Below are positions 23,246 through 36,617 of a stretch of DNA of 64,000 bases, piece after piece (positions within the stretch are counted from its first letter, which is position 1; each line of letters opens with the position of its first letter). Location: contig NW_026576125.1 of NCBI RefSeq assembly GCF_028641065.1, positions 124,001 through 188,000 of the forward strand, written 5' to 3'. The stretch is from Leucoraja erinacea (Eukaryota). Under the pieces are notes generated by a model. The model saw nothing but the letters and a program-made list of their open reading frames with translations. It did no database searches and was not told where the DNA came from. Both the position numbers and the translations under genes were made by a program.

Positions 23246-25759
23246 TGAGTGACTACTGCATCTGCCACGCATCTGCCCACTCACTCAACCTGTCCAGGTC
23301 ACCCTGCAACCTCCCAACATCCTCTTCACAGTTCACACTGCCACCCAGCTTTGTGTCATCCGCAAATTTGCCAGTGTTGCTCCTAATTCCCTCTTCCAAA
23401 TCATTAATATATATGGTAAACAGTTGCGGCCCCAACACCGAGCCTTGTGGCACTCCACTCGTCACTGCCTGCCATTCTGAAAAAGGACCTATAATTGCAT
23501 CAGCGTGCTGGGACCAGGAAAGATCTTGTTATAATATGGCAGAAACTCTCCTCTGTACTGATCTGTGCTGCATCTGCTATGGAGTGCTGATGGGAAAGTG
23601 TTCAGGACCCATTACAAATAATCTGCTCCAATGTGATAATTGTGTTCTGAAGAAGCTTCATGTTGTACAAAATCACTTTGTAAAGACAATGATACCAATG
23701 GGGGAAAGGAGGCTTCGGGGCTAAAGTGTTTCAGATTCACAATAAGAAAGTTACTATTCCCACAGGATTTTAAAAATAAAGGTATTTTCAATACCTATAA
23801 TATCTTTCTTTTGTTACCTCAAACTAAAAATACTAAAGGCAGCGCTACAAAATAAAGTGCTGGAGTAAAAATGGGTCAGGCAGCATCTCTGGAGAACATG
23901 GTTGTGATGTTTCAGGTTGGGATTCTTCTTCATTGATTGTGGTGGTGGGGGTGGTGGTGGGGTGTGTGTGGGGGTGGGGTGGGGGGGGGTAGGACAAAAC
24001 CTGGCAAGTGATAGGTGGATAGAGGTGAGGGAGATTATCGATAGGAATTGCAGATACTAGTTTACACCGAAATAGGCCCAAAATGCTGGAGTAACACAAC
24101 GGGTCAGATAGCATCTCTGGAGAAATTTCGGGTCAAGACCATTCTTCAGACTGAGTCAGGGGAAAGGGAAACTAGAGATATGAAAAGGTACAAAATAAAT
24201 GAGAGCCATCATCGATGACTCAGGAAAGGTAGAGCCCACAATGGTCTATTGTTGGCTGTGGATGAAGTGATAATAAAGGGATACGAACCATGAAACTAGC
24301 AAGTTGTCTCGGGTGGTGGAGGGAGGGAGAGATAGGGATTGCAAGGGACCCCGACAGTCCTCTTAGGTGAGGCAGAGGTTCACGCACCTCCTCCAACCTC
24401 CAATGTATCGGCGAGACTAAGCACAGACTGGGCAATCATTTTGCTGACACACCTAGGCTCAGTCCACCTTGGGCTACGAGACCTACCAGTTGCCAAAGAT
24501 GTTAACTCCTCTTCCCATTCCCACATTGACCTTTCCGTCCTGTGCCTCCTCCACTGTCAGACTGAGGCCACATGCAAATTGCAGAACTAGCACCTCATAT
24601 TATGCTTGGGCAGCTTACAACCCAGCGGTATGAATATTGATTTCTCCAACTTCAAGTAACCCTTGCAATCCCTCTCTCGCTTCTCTCCTCAGACTGAAGA
24701 AGGGTCCCAAGCTGACACTTCCCCTACCCATTTTCTCCAGAGATGCTGCCTGACCTGTTGAGCTACTCCAGCATTTTGTGTCGATCTTTGGTACAAACCA
24801 GCATCTGCAGATCATTTTTATTATAATCTTTAATACAATATCATGACTGCTAATGGCAGACAAATTGAACCTGCAGAAATTAAATAAACCCATTGAACAA
24901 ATCAACACCTCACAATACCATCCATGGGCCACAGACTGCCACATGTTTATCTGGGCTTTAAGAGGAGGGAGATCCACTTCATTAAATTTCATTACATTAT
25001 CATTTGCATTAACGTGGATGAAAACTTCATGAGGTATCAAAGACAGCCATTGATTTACTTGAATCGCAGCAACCATTTGTTATTAATAACTGCCAGATGT
25101 CTGAAACTCTGATAACATTTCGACCCAGTCCTTCTCCTTACACTTCCTCATAGGTTGCACAGGCATGTTTAATTTGAGCAGGGGGCCCTCCCAGCAGAGC
25201 TGTTACTACAAAGAATAAGCATACTGCTTTACATATGAAAAAAATAATTCTGATGCTGTGTTTTGCACTAACAGGTTCATGTTTACCCCACGAAATGGGG
25301 CTGAAAGAATTAAAACCAATGGGCAATGACGATCCTCTCCGCATTTCAGTAAATTTGCCACGTTTAGAAATGGGCTCAAAGTGCTGGTGAATTTCATTGA
25401 TCATGATTACACTGATTAATGGGAACGAGCTGTCCAGATGTACGTACACCTGCATTTTAGGTTCTGATGGAGCTGAGACACTCACTCCCACCAGCAACTT
25501 ATTCTGTGTTTACTCGAGCTGATCATAGAGATCCACCCTGATGACTGTAGTTAAAGTGATCGGGTAGATGGGAATTGGCAGCATCAAAGCAATAAACTAA
25601 GGACAAACTAAAAAGTTGTGACAAGCTGCATTTACAGCATTACAAAATGCCGTGGGCAGAATCCCTGCACAATGTGTTTCAGCTGATGTTTGCTGATGAG
25701 AACCAAGGCTGCTCAGTGAATCAGGTTTAAGACTGAAGCAGCAGCCAGGGCCACAATCA

Positions 25760-27090
25760 ATAGACAATAGACAATAGACAATAGGTGCAGGAGTAGGCCA
25801 TTCGGCCCTTCGAGTCAGCACCACCATTCAATGTGCTCATGGCTGATCATCCCAAATCAGTACCCCAGTCCTGCCTTCTCCCCACATCCCCTGACTCCAC
25901 TATCTTTAAGGGCCCTATCTTGCTCTCTCTTGAAAGTATACAGAGAACCGGCCTCCACCGCCCACTGGCAGAGAATTCCACACTCACAACTCTCTGTGTG
26001 ATAAAGTGTTTCATCATCTCCGTTCTAAATATCTTACCCCTTATTCTTAAACTGTTGCCCCTAGTTCTGGCCCCAACATTGGGAACATGTTTCCTGCCTC
26101 TATCATGTCCAAACCCTTAATAATCTTATATGTTTCAATAAGACCCCTTCTCATCCATCGGAACTCCAGAGTATACAAGCCCAGCCTCTCCATTCTCTCA
26201 GCGGAGGTGCTGGGGGAGAACATGAAGTAGTGAGTGGGGGCGGGAGAGGGAGAGGGGGAGGGTCGGAGCCGCGTCTGGGTTGTCAATGTGATCGGGACAG
26301 AAAGGTCAGTGTGGGAATGGGAGGGCTAGTTAAAGCGTTTCGCAACCAGGAGAGTCTGATACAGTGCTGCATCTATAAACTAAACTAAAAAAGGTTTTGA
26401 CTGTCTGGTTAAGAGATGAGCCCATGGGCTCACTGGTCTGAGGGCTATAGAAAGAATCTTGCACTTTGCTGACTTTCACAAGCAATGTTAAACTGAGACC
26501 AACGAGGTAACGGCAATAGTTTGTTTTAGAGAGATGGCGTGAAAACAGGCCCTTCTGCCCACCGAGTCCACGCCAACCAACGATCACCGGTACACTAGTC
26601 CTATATCCTTATAGGGCAATGGAGGCCAAATTACTGGATGGATTTAAGACAGAGTTAGATAGAGCTCTAGGGACTAGTGGAATCAAGGGTTATGGGGAGA
26701 AGGGGGGACTTGATAGAGGTCTTTAAAATGATGAGAGGGATAGACAGAGTTGATGTGGACAAGCTTTTCCCTTTGAGAATAGGGAGGATTCAAACAAGAG
26801 GACATGACTTCAGAATTAAGGGACAGAAGTTTAGGGGTAATATGAGGGGGAACTTCTTTACTCAGAGAGTGGTAGCGGTGTGGAACGAGCTTCCAGTGGA
26901 AGTGGTGGAGGCAGGTTCATTGGTATCATTTAAAAATAAATTGGATAGGCATATGGATGAGAAGGGAATGGAGGGTTATGGTATGAGTGCAGGCAGGTGG
27001 GACTAAGGGGAAAAAAAATTCGGCACGGACTTGTAGGGCCGAGATGGCCTGTTTCCGTGCTGTAATTGTTATATGGTTATATGGTTATAA
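25760..27090. mobile_element. Cluster of CR1 3' fragments (both strands) with SINE/Penelope pieces
   Basis: LYTLEFR..R.LIETYKI on minus, RGDLIEVFKM...FFTQRVV on plus; (atatggtt)n and (caatagac)n tails. Confidence 0.7.
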
Positions 27091-27537
27091 GGCAGGCACA
27101 GATATTTGGCTTAAAACCAGAGATGGGATGAGGCTGGAAATGTTCAAGTGAGCAGATGGGGCAATTTACGGCAAACATCTTTCCTGATACCTGATGTTGC
27201 TCAATGTACTGCGGGATTCTTATTTTAGTTCCTGATCTAACGAGGAGCAATAAAGTGCAGTCTGGTCCTAGTCTCTTCCACTAGTGGAAACATCCTCTCC
27301 ACATCCACTCTATCCAGGCCTTTCACTATTCGGTAAGTTTCTATGAGGAGCCCCCCTCATTCCTCGAGGCAAGCAAGGTCCTTTACGGTCTGAGGTCCAT
27401 TAAGGTTTGTGGAAAGGGAACATAAGTCCTATTTTCCCATATAGTGTCTTAAACTGATCATTGTCTGCTGCCTCTGCAAATGGTATGTGCTTATTAGTAT
27501 CATGAGGGAATGTGGTTCACATACATTGACAGTTGTG

Positions 27538-28144
27538 AAGGAAGGAACTGCAGATGCTGGTTTACACCGAAGATAGACACAAATTGCTAGGGTAACTCCG
27601 CGGGTAAGGCAGCAACTCTCGAGAGAAGGAATGGGTGATGTTTTGGGGTGAGACCTTTCTTCAGACTGGGAGGGGGTGTAGCGATATGGAGGGGAAAGGT
27701 GTGAAAAGGATAGATCAAAGCAGATCGTGATAAGGAAATGTAGAAAGGTTCATCGTTAGCTATGGGGAAGGTGACAACGAGGCACACAATCAGTAATATT
27801 TAATCAGGAGGACAGTGAAACTAGTCAGAGAACTAGGGTGGGGGAGGGACGGAGAGAGAGGGAAAGCAAGGGTTACTTGAAGTTAGAGAAGTCAATAGTG
27901 ATACCGCTGGGGTGTAAGCTGCCCAAGCAAAATATGAGATGCTGTTCCTCCAATTTGCGCTGGGCCTCACTCTGACAGTGGAGGAGGCCCAGGGCAGACA
28001 GGTCAGTGTGGGAATGGGAGGGGTAGTTAAAGCGTTTAGCAACCAGGAGATCGTGTAGGCTCAGGCGGACTGGGCGGTGGTGTTCAGCGGAGCGATCATC
28101 AAGCCTGTGCTTGGTCTCGCTGATATAAAGGAGTTCAAACCTGG
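27538..28144 (-). mobile_element. Penelope 3' fragment (GIY-YIG plus hammerhead tail), cut by the gap
   Basis: LYISETKHRL.DR.AEH...RKLEEQHLIFCLG. Confidence 0.8.
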
Positions 28145-28283
28145 NNNNNNNNNNNNNNNNNNNNNNNNNNNNNNNNNNNNNNNNNNNNNNNNNNNNNNNN
28201 NNNNNNNNNNNNNNNNNNNNNNNNNNNNNNNNNNNNNNNNNNNNNNNNNNNNNNNNNNNNNNNNNNNNNNNNNNNNNNNNNNN
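28145..28283. other. Assembly gap (139 N)
   Basis: Run of N. Confidence 1.
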
Positions 28284-29125
28284 NAGAAATCTGAACGAAA
28301 TTGCAGCAGTCATACATATAATACCATACAATAAAACAACAATAAACACACATTAACATCCACCACAGTGAGTCCACCCAGCATCTCCTCACTGTGATGG
28401 AGGCAAAAGTCTTAGGTCGCAGTCTCTTCCCTCCTCTTCTCCCTCTGCGCTGGGGCGATACCCCCCCCCCGGGCGATGTTAAGAACAGTCCCGTGGCTCA
28501 AACACCGCGGCCCGGGGTGGTTGAAGCTGCCGCCCACCAGTTCTGCAGAAACAGCTGCTGGCCCGCGGCCGAACCCCGGACTCAGGCCACCGCCGCCAGA
28601 ACACCGTCCCAGCCACCCTCACGTGAGTACTGTGCCGTCTTCAGCCTCGGGCTGGGCCGCCCCGACATGGGCGCCGAACCTCCCCCGGACCGGGCCGCCC
28701 CGACTTGGGCGCCGAACCTCCCTTGGGCTGCCAGCGCCGCACCTCCCCGAGCTCGGCCGCTCCGACGGGAGCCTCGTTCCACCCTCGGGCTGGCCGTCCT
28801 CACGGGAGTGTCCCAACCTCTTCCAGCCCTGAGCCGGACCACCCTCACGGGAGCGAGTCCTGACGGTGCTCTGCCTCCGGAGCCTCGAGGTCGTCAGCTC
28901 CATTAGGCCTCAGCGCAGACGGAGGCAGAGAAGGGGAATACGACAAAAAGGTCGTATTCCCCCGCAGGGAGAGACTGCAAACCCCGTTTCAACACCCTCC
29001 CCCCCCCAAAAAACACAAGCTAAAACCAAAAACTAGACTAAACAAACAAAATAAACAACATAAAAAACACAAAGACAACGGGACCGCCGGTAAGCCGCTG
29101 CAGCCAGAGCCGCGCCGCCACTCCG
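28284..29125 (-). mobile_element. GC-rich non-autonomous retroelement; relatives at ~33100-33440(+), ~44450-44810(-), ~53820-54630(-)
   Basis: Shared acatccaccacag...ctcactgtgatggarggca block and LINE-like 3' end; no recognisable protein. Confidence 0.5.
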
Positions 29126-30312
29126 ATCACTCAGATGAGGTTGGAGGAGATGCAAGTGAACCTCTGCCTCACCTGAAAGGACTGGCCTGGTCCTTGGACA
29201 GAGTCGAGGGAGGAGGTGTAGGGACAGGTGTTGCATCTCTTGTGGTTGTAGGGGAAATTGTGTGATGTGCTTGCTTAGATCCAAGAGTTATGCTCAAGCC
29301 AAGGGTCTTGTGCTGTGAGCCAAGGTTCAGTGAAAATCCCCAAGTAGTTACACTCAAGTTTCTGTGTAAGTGACAGATGTTTTTAAGAAGACAAAACTCC
29401 CAAGTGTAGCATGCAGCCATTAGTGACTAATACAGGATTAATCCTAGTTCAGAATTGTAGTTTTCCACTTATACCACATTGAATAATGCAGGCTTATTTT
29501 AAAATCTAGCTGGGTGAGACATTTAGACAAGTAAATACCTTCTGGTTTTTGCTTTGTAGATTAATTGGCTTGGTATAAATGTAAATTGTTCCTAATGTGT
29601 GCAGGGTAGTTAATGTGTGGGTATCGCTAGTTGACGTGGACTCAGTGGGCTGAAGGGCCTGATACAGTGCTGTATCTATAAACTAAACTAAAAAAGATTT
29701 TGACTGTCTGGTTAAGAGATGAGCCCATGGGCTCACTGGTCTGAGGACTATTGAAAGAATCTTGCACTTTGCTGACTTTCACAAGCAATGTTAAACTGAG
29801 ACCAACGAGGTGAAGGCAATAGTTTGTTTTAGAGAGATGGCATGAAAACAGGCCCTTCTGCCCACCGTGTCCACGCATGCTGATCAATTCACTTGATGCT
29901 AAGGAAGTTGTATGTTAGCCCTCTGCAAACTTTAAAACCCAATGAGATGTTCCTTCTCCATTTGGCACATCAAGTCCTCTCCGTCATTCAATCATATCTG
30001 GATTGGCATGGCTTAGAACATCAGAACAAACCTCTGCCACTGCCACTGATTCCTCAGGGCCAACAAAGGGAAAATGCACTCCAGTAATCCCTCTGTGTGC
30101 TTTATATCTGTCTGTTAAGGTGTTCAGATTTGTCAAATATTGAATTGCATTCCAACAGTGGAGTCTTTAGGTTTATAGAGTTAAGTGTGAAACTGATAAA
30201 GCAGAAGTATTTTCGTGCCAGGAACAAACTACACACACTTTGACTATAGACAACTCTCATTTGGTAAATGTCAAAAATATTCTGCTGCTTTTTAAGTATT
30301 TTTCCCGAACAA

Positions 30313-30580
30313 GGTACGATGGTGCAGCGGTAGAGTTGCTGCCTCACAGCGCCGGAGACCCGGGTGCTGTCTGTACAGAGTTTGTACGTTCTCCCCGTGA
30401 CCCGAGTGGGTTTTCTCCGGGTGCTCTGGTTTCCTCCCACACTCCAAAGACGTGCAGGTTTGTAGGTTAATTGGCTTTGGTAAAAAGTCCCCAGTGTGTA
30501 GGATAGTGCGTGTATACAGGTGAATGCTGATCGGCGTGGATCGGTGGGCCAAAGGGCCCGTTGCCACACTGTATCTCAAA
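30313..30580 (+). mobile_element. tRNA-derived V-SINE (HE1-like); other copies near 20173, 33660(-), 34335, 46490, 49610(-), 62690(-), 63550(-)
   Basis: tRNA-like head ggtgcagcggtagagttgctgcctcacagc and conserved core gagtttgtacgttctccccgtg. Confidence 0.8.
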
Positions 30581-33500
30581 ACAAAAACACTTGAGATTTA
30601 ATATTGTTTGCCTTTTATTTCTTGACAGATCTAAGTATGATTAAGCCAACCCCTTGTCCCCTGTGTTGATCAAATGAAGGGGGGTAATTGCCTTAGACTC
30701 TCCCCCACCTGCCCTTCACTTCTGGAGTAATAGAATCAAGCTCGTAACTTTTGGAAACATCTTCCTTTAGTTTAGTTTCTACAAGTGGGTTTTAATTCAA
30801 TGCAGATTTAACTTTCTTCTGTGAAGCATTATCTTGTCCATCACTTAGGTACAGGAGTAGGCCATACACCCTTCGAGCCAGCACCGCCTTTCAATATGAT
30901 CATGGCTGATCATCCAAAATCAATACCCCATTCCTGCTATCTCACCATATCCCTTGATTACGTTTATCCATAAAAGCCACATTCAACTCTCTTGAAAACA
31001 TCCAGTGAATTGGCCTCCACTGCCTTCTGTGGCAGAGGATTCCACAGATGTTCTGCGTGAAGGTTTTTCCCTCACCTCAGTCCTAAATGGCCTAACCCTT
31101 ATTCTTAAACTGTGACCCCTGGTTCTGGACTCCCCCAACATCGGGAACATTGTTCCTGCATCTAGACTGTTCAATCCTTTAAGAATTTTATGTGTTTCTA
31201 TAAGATTACCTCTCATCCTTCTCAATTCCAGCGAATACAAGCCCAGTCGACCCATTCTTTCATCATATGTCATTCCCGCCATCCCGGGAATTAACCTGGT
31301 GAATTTACGCTGCAATCCCTCAATAGCAAAAATGTCCTTCCTCAAATTATGAAAGGTGCAGAAGTTTGAAAACGCACACCTCCAGATTCAGGGACAGTTT
31401 CTTCCCAGCTGTTATCAGGCAAATCAATCATCCTACCACAACCAGAGAGCAGTGCTGAACTACTATTGACTTCATTGGTGACCCTAAGAATATCCTTGAT
31501 CGGACTTTGCTGGCTTTACCTTGCACTAAATGTTATTCCCTTACCATGTATCTATACACTGTAAATGGCTCGATTGTAATCATGCATTGTCTTTCTGCTG
31601 ACTGGTTTTAGCACGTGATAAAAAGCTTTTCTCTGTACACGTGACAATAATCTTAACTGAACTGAGTTCCTTGTAACTAACACTTGAGTCCAGTTGCTCA
31701 TATGGTGAAGTGGTTTATTCCCTTCTGGGCCTGCCTTCCACTCGTAAGATCGCAAGTTTGTAAACCATCATATTCAGAGGTGACCTCATAATGTGCCTGG
31801 CCGGTGACCTCACAGTGAACTGCATCCGTAACCATGAGAGACGGGCTCCATTTCATCTGTCAACTTGGCAAACTGGCTCCATTTCATCTGTCAACTTGAA
31901 GTGGGTGCACCAAACCCATTCTGCCAGGCATTGAAACAGCCGGCAGCTACTAGAGGTGGAAACTCTAACCTTCGCGGAGTTGATCAATAACCCAAGCAAG
32001 GAGTTTCGAGAATGCCGGAGACAAAGGACAGAGCCACGCAGACTTACAAGAGGAGATCTAAGGTAGATCTGAATCTGTTAATAGACCAAGATAAAAGGTG
32101 GAGTGACTCAGCGGGTCTTATTCTTAAACTGTGACCCCTGGTTCTGGAATCCCCCTACATCCGGAACATAGGGACAAAGGGTTCTTCTGCCACCTCTGAA
32201 TTTTTCTTTATGGGAGAGTATCCTATCCATCCAGTGACAACCCTGTCTCCGGTCTCCAACATTCCCCCACCTCTTCCCACCCCTCCCCCCATGTCCCCGT
32301 ACGAAGCTTGTCAAAAAGGGGGGTGGCATGACAGGATTACAAAAAATTTAATGTGAAATAATGTGCGCACTGCGCACATCACGAGCGCGAAGCGTGAAGT
32401 CCCTCGATGCCGGGATCCAGGGCCCGCTTAAGGGCCCTGGAAGCTTAGGGGTTTTAGATGCTCTCTGATGCATTCTGAGCATTATTTTGAAGCATTTTTG
32501 CACCAAATCTATGACCAATATTTCAGAAATTAACAGGAATCTGAGGTAGCTTTTTCACACAAAGGGTGCTGGGTGTATGTAACGAGCTGCCAGAGGAGGT
32601 AGTTAAGGCTGGGACTATCCTAATGTTTAAGAGACATTTGGACACGTACATGGATAGGACAGATTTAGATGGATATATGGGCCAAACGCGTGTGAGTGGG
32701 ACTAGTTTAGATGGGACATGTCAGTCGGTGTGGGCAAGTTGGGCTGAAGGGCCTGTTTCCACACTGCATCATTCTATGACTAAAAAGTGAAGAAGAAAAA
32801 TGCATGTAGATAAGTAGAGCAGATTTGAAAGAGGAGTGAAATGACCTGGCAATATCCTCATAAATCTTCACTGTACCCTTTCCAGTTTGATGATATCTTC
32901 CCTATAACATGGTGCTCAGAACTGAACACAATACTCTGAATGCGGCCTCACCAACTTCTTATGCAACTGCAACATGACCTCCCAACTTCTATACTCAGCC
33001 TGACCCGCTGAGTTACTCCAGCACTCTGAAACGTCACAGAACAGGGCAAGATTAGCAAGTTTGCTGATGATACAGAAGTGAGTGGTTTTGCAGAAATCTT
33101 CGGCCGCCGGCCTGCGGCCTACACCAACTAAAAGCCGCGGTCTCCGGTGGGGAGGAGCCGACTCTGGACTTACCTGGACTTGTACCTTGTCCTTTACCAT
33201 CTGGACGCACGCAGCAACGGCTGCGGAGGGTTGAGGTCCCGACCACGGGGGGAAATGGAGGAGGACTGGCCAAATTGTGTGCCTTCCACCACAGTGATGA
33301 ATGCTGTGGTGGATGTTTATGTTAAAAATTTATTGTGTTTTTGTGTGTGCCCTTTATCATTGTATCGCTGCTGACGTATCATTTCACTTGCACTTTTTGT
33401 GCAATGTGACAAATAAACCGTTGTATTGTATTGTTGTATTGTAGTGAAGATGGTTGTGAATGATTGCAGCAGGAACTGGATCAATTAGCCGGGTGGGCAG

Positions 33501-35704
33501 AGGAATGGTTGATGGTTGCATGGTTCCTTGAAGGTCATGTCGCAGGTATGTCAGGTGGTCAAAAAATATTTTGGCACTTTGGCCCTCATCAGTCAGAGTT
33601 AGGACCGAGATGAAGAAAACTTTTTTCACACAGAGAGTGGTGAATCTCTGGAATTCACACGTACACTACAATCACCCGTACACTAGTCCTATATCCTACA
33701 CACTAGGGGAAATTTACAGAAGTCAATTTACCTACAAACCGGCTTATCTCTGGAATGTGGGCGGAAACCAGAGGATCCAAATTAAACCCATGCAGGACAC
33801 AGGGAGAACATACAAACTCCGTCCAGATAGCAGGCATAGTCAGGATCGAACCCGGGTCTCTGGCACTGTAAGGCGGCAACTCTACCACAGTGCCACCGTG
33901 CTGATCAATTCACTTGATGCTAAGGGAGTTGTATGTTAGCCCTCTGCAAACTTTGAAACCCAATGATTGTTCCTTCTCCTTTTGGCACATCAAGTCCTCT
34001 CCGTCATTCAATCATATCTGGATTGGCATGGCTTAGAACATCAGAACAACCCTCTGCCACTGCCACTGATTTCTCAGGGACTACAAAGGGAAAATGCACT
34101 TCAGTAATCCCTCTGTGTGCTTTATATCTGTCTGTTACCGTGTTCAGATTTGTCAAATATTGAATTGCATTTCAACAGTGGAGTCTTTGGGTTTAAAGAG
34201 TTGTGCGTGAAACTGTTAAAGCGGAAGTATTTTTGTGCCAGGAACTAGCTACACATGCTTTGACTGTAGACAACTCTCATTTGGTAAATGTCAAAAATAT
34301 TCTGCTGCTTTTTAATTATTTTTCCCCAACAAGGTAGGGTGGTGCAGCGGTAGAGTTGCTGCCTCACAGCGTCGGAGACCCGGGTTCAATCCTGACTACG
34401 GGTGCTGTCTGTACAGAGTTTGTACGTTCTCCCCGTAACCCGCATGGGTTTTCTCCAGGTGCTCTGGTTTCCTCCTACACTCCAAAGACGTACAGGATTT
34501 TAGGTTAATTGGCTTTGGTAAAAAGTGCCCAGTGTATAGGATAGCGCTGGCATACAAGTGAATGCTGGTCGGCATGGACACGGTGGGCCAAAGGGCCCGT
34601 TGCCACACTGTATGTCAAAATGAAAATACTTGAGATTGAATAGTGTTTCACGTTTATTCCTTGACAGATCAAAGTATGATTAAGCCAACCCCTTATCCCT
34701 TGTGTTGATCAAATGAAGGGGTGCCTAAGACCCTCCCCCACCTGCCCTTCACTTCTGGAGTAATAGAATCAAGCTCATAACTTTTGGAAACATCTTCCTT
34801 TAGTTCAGTTTCTACATGTGGGGTTTAATTCAATGCAGTTTTAACTTTCTCCTGTGAAGCATTATCTTGTCCATCACTCGGGTTTCATCAACGTATTTCA
34901 TTTATTGAACTGTCAACAGTTTCATGTTGACAGCAAAGTTGGAGCTTGTGTGCGTTGGCAATGTAGCTCTTTCATATAAGCAAGACACCAGCCAGACCAT
35001 GAAAGAACAGAGTGCTGGAGTAACTCAGCGGTTCAAGTAGCATCTCTGGAGAACATGGGTGGGTGACATTTTGGTACAGTACCCTTCTTCAGGACCAGAC
35101 ATCAACGAGTGCTGGACTCACCACGATGTAGAAACATAGAAAATAGATGCAGGAGTTGGCCATACACCCTTCGAGCCAGCACCGCCTTTCAATATGATCA
35201 TGGCTGATCATCCAAAATCAATACCCCATTCCTGCTATCTCACCATATCCCTTGATTACGTTTATCCATAAAAGCCACATTCAACTCTCTTGAAAACATC
35301 CAGTGAATTGGCCTCCACTGCCTTCTGTGGCAGAGGATTCCACAGATGTTCTGCGTGAAGGTTTTTCCCTCACCTCAGTCCTAAATGGCCTAACCCTTAT
35401 TCTTAAACTGTGACCCCTGGTTCTGGACTCCCCCAACATCGGGAACATTCTTCCTGCATCTAGACTGTTTAATCCTTTAAGAATTTTATGTGTTTCTATA
35501 AGATTGCCTCTCATCCTTCTCAATTCCAGCGAATACAAGCCCAGTCGACCCATTCTTTCATCATATGTCATTCCCGCCATCCCGGGAATTAACCTGGTGA
35601 ACTTACGCTACAATCCCTCAATAGCAAAAATGTCCGTCCTCAAATTAGGAAAGGTGCAGAAGTTTGAAAACGCACACCTCCAGATTCAGGAACAGTTTCC
35701 TCCC

Positions 35705-36617
35705 TATGTCTCTTCCATACCCCGCAACACTGCTCTCTCTCCCCATCCCCGCACTCGCAACAAGGGCAGAGTCCCCCTAGTCCTCACCTTTCACCCCACC
35801 AGCCGGCAAATACAACAAATCATCCTCCGCCATTTTCGCCACCTCCAACGTGACCCCACCACTCGCCACATCTTCCCATCTCCCCCCATGTCTGCCTTCC
35901 GCAAAGACCGCTCCCTCCGCAACACCCTTGTCAATTCTTCCCTTCCCTGCCGTACCACCCCCTCCCCGGGCACTTTCCATTGCAACTGCAAGAAATGCAA
36001 CACCCGTCCCTTTACCTCCCCCCTCAACTCCACTCAAGGAGCCAAGCAGTCGTTCCAGGTGCGACAAAGGTTCACCTGTATCTCCTCCAACCTCATCTAC
36101 TGAATCCGCTGCTCTAGATGTCAGTTGATTTACATCGGTGAGACTAAGCGGAGGTTGGGCGATCGTTTCGCCGAACACCTCCGCTCAGTCCGCAAGAACC
36201 TACCTGAACTCCCGGTGGCTCAGCACTTCAACTCCCCCTCCCATTCCCAATCCGACCTCTCTGTCCTGGGTCTCCTCCATTGCCAGAGTGAGCAACACCG
36301 GAAATTGGAGGAACAGCACCTCATATTCCGCCTGGGTAGCCTGCGTCCGTCGGGCATGAACATTGAATTCTCCCAATTTTACTAGCCCTTGCTGTCTCCT
36401 CCCCTTCCTTAACCCTCTAGCTGTCTCCTCCCATCCCCCCGCCCTCGGGCTCCTCCTCCTCCCTTTTTCCTTTCTTCTCCCCCTATCGGTCTGAAGAAGG
36501 GTTTCGGCCCGAAACGTCACCTATTTCCTTCACTCCATAGATGCTGCTGCACCCGCTGAGTTTCTCCAGCATTTTTGTGTACCTTCGATTTTCCAGCATC
36601 TGCAGTTTCTTCTTGAA
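35705..36617 (+). mobile_element. 5'-truncated Penelope element with hammerhead at 36491-36518
   Basis: PLVLTFHP...IYIGETKRRLGDRFAEH; near-identical to the 3' end of the element at 40359-43192. Confidence 0.9.

Noticed and set aside
28394-28906. GC-rich overlapping ORFs
   Set aside because: Low-complexity interior of a dispersed repeat with no recognisable domain.
30313-30390. tRNA genes (also at other SINE heads)
   Set aside because: These are degenerate tRNA-derived SINE heads followed by the SINE core.
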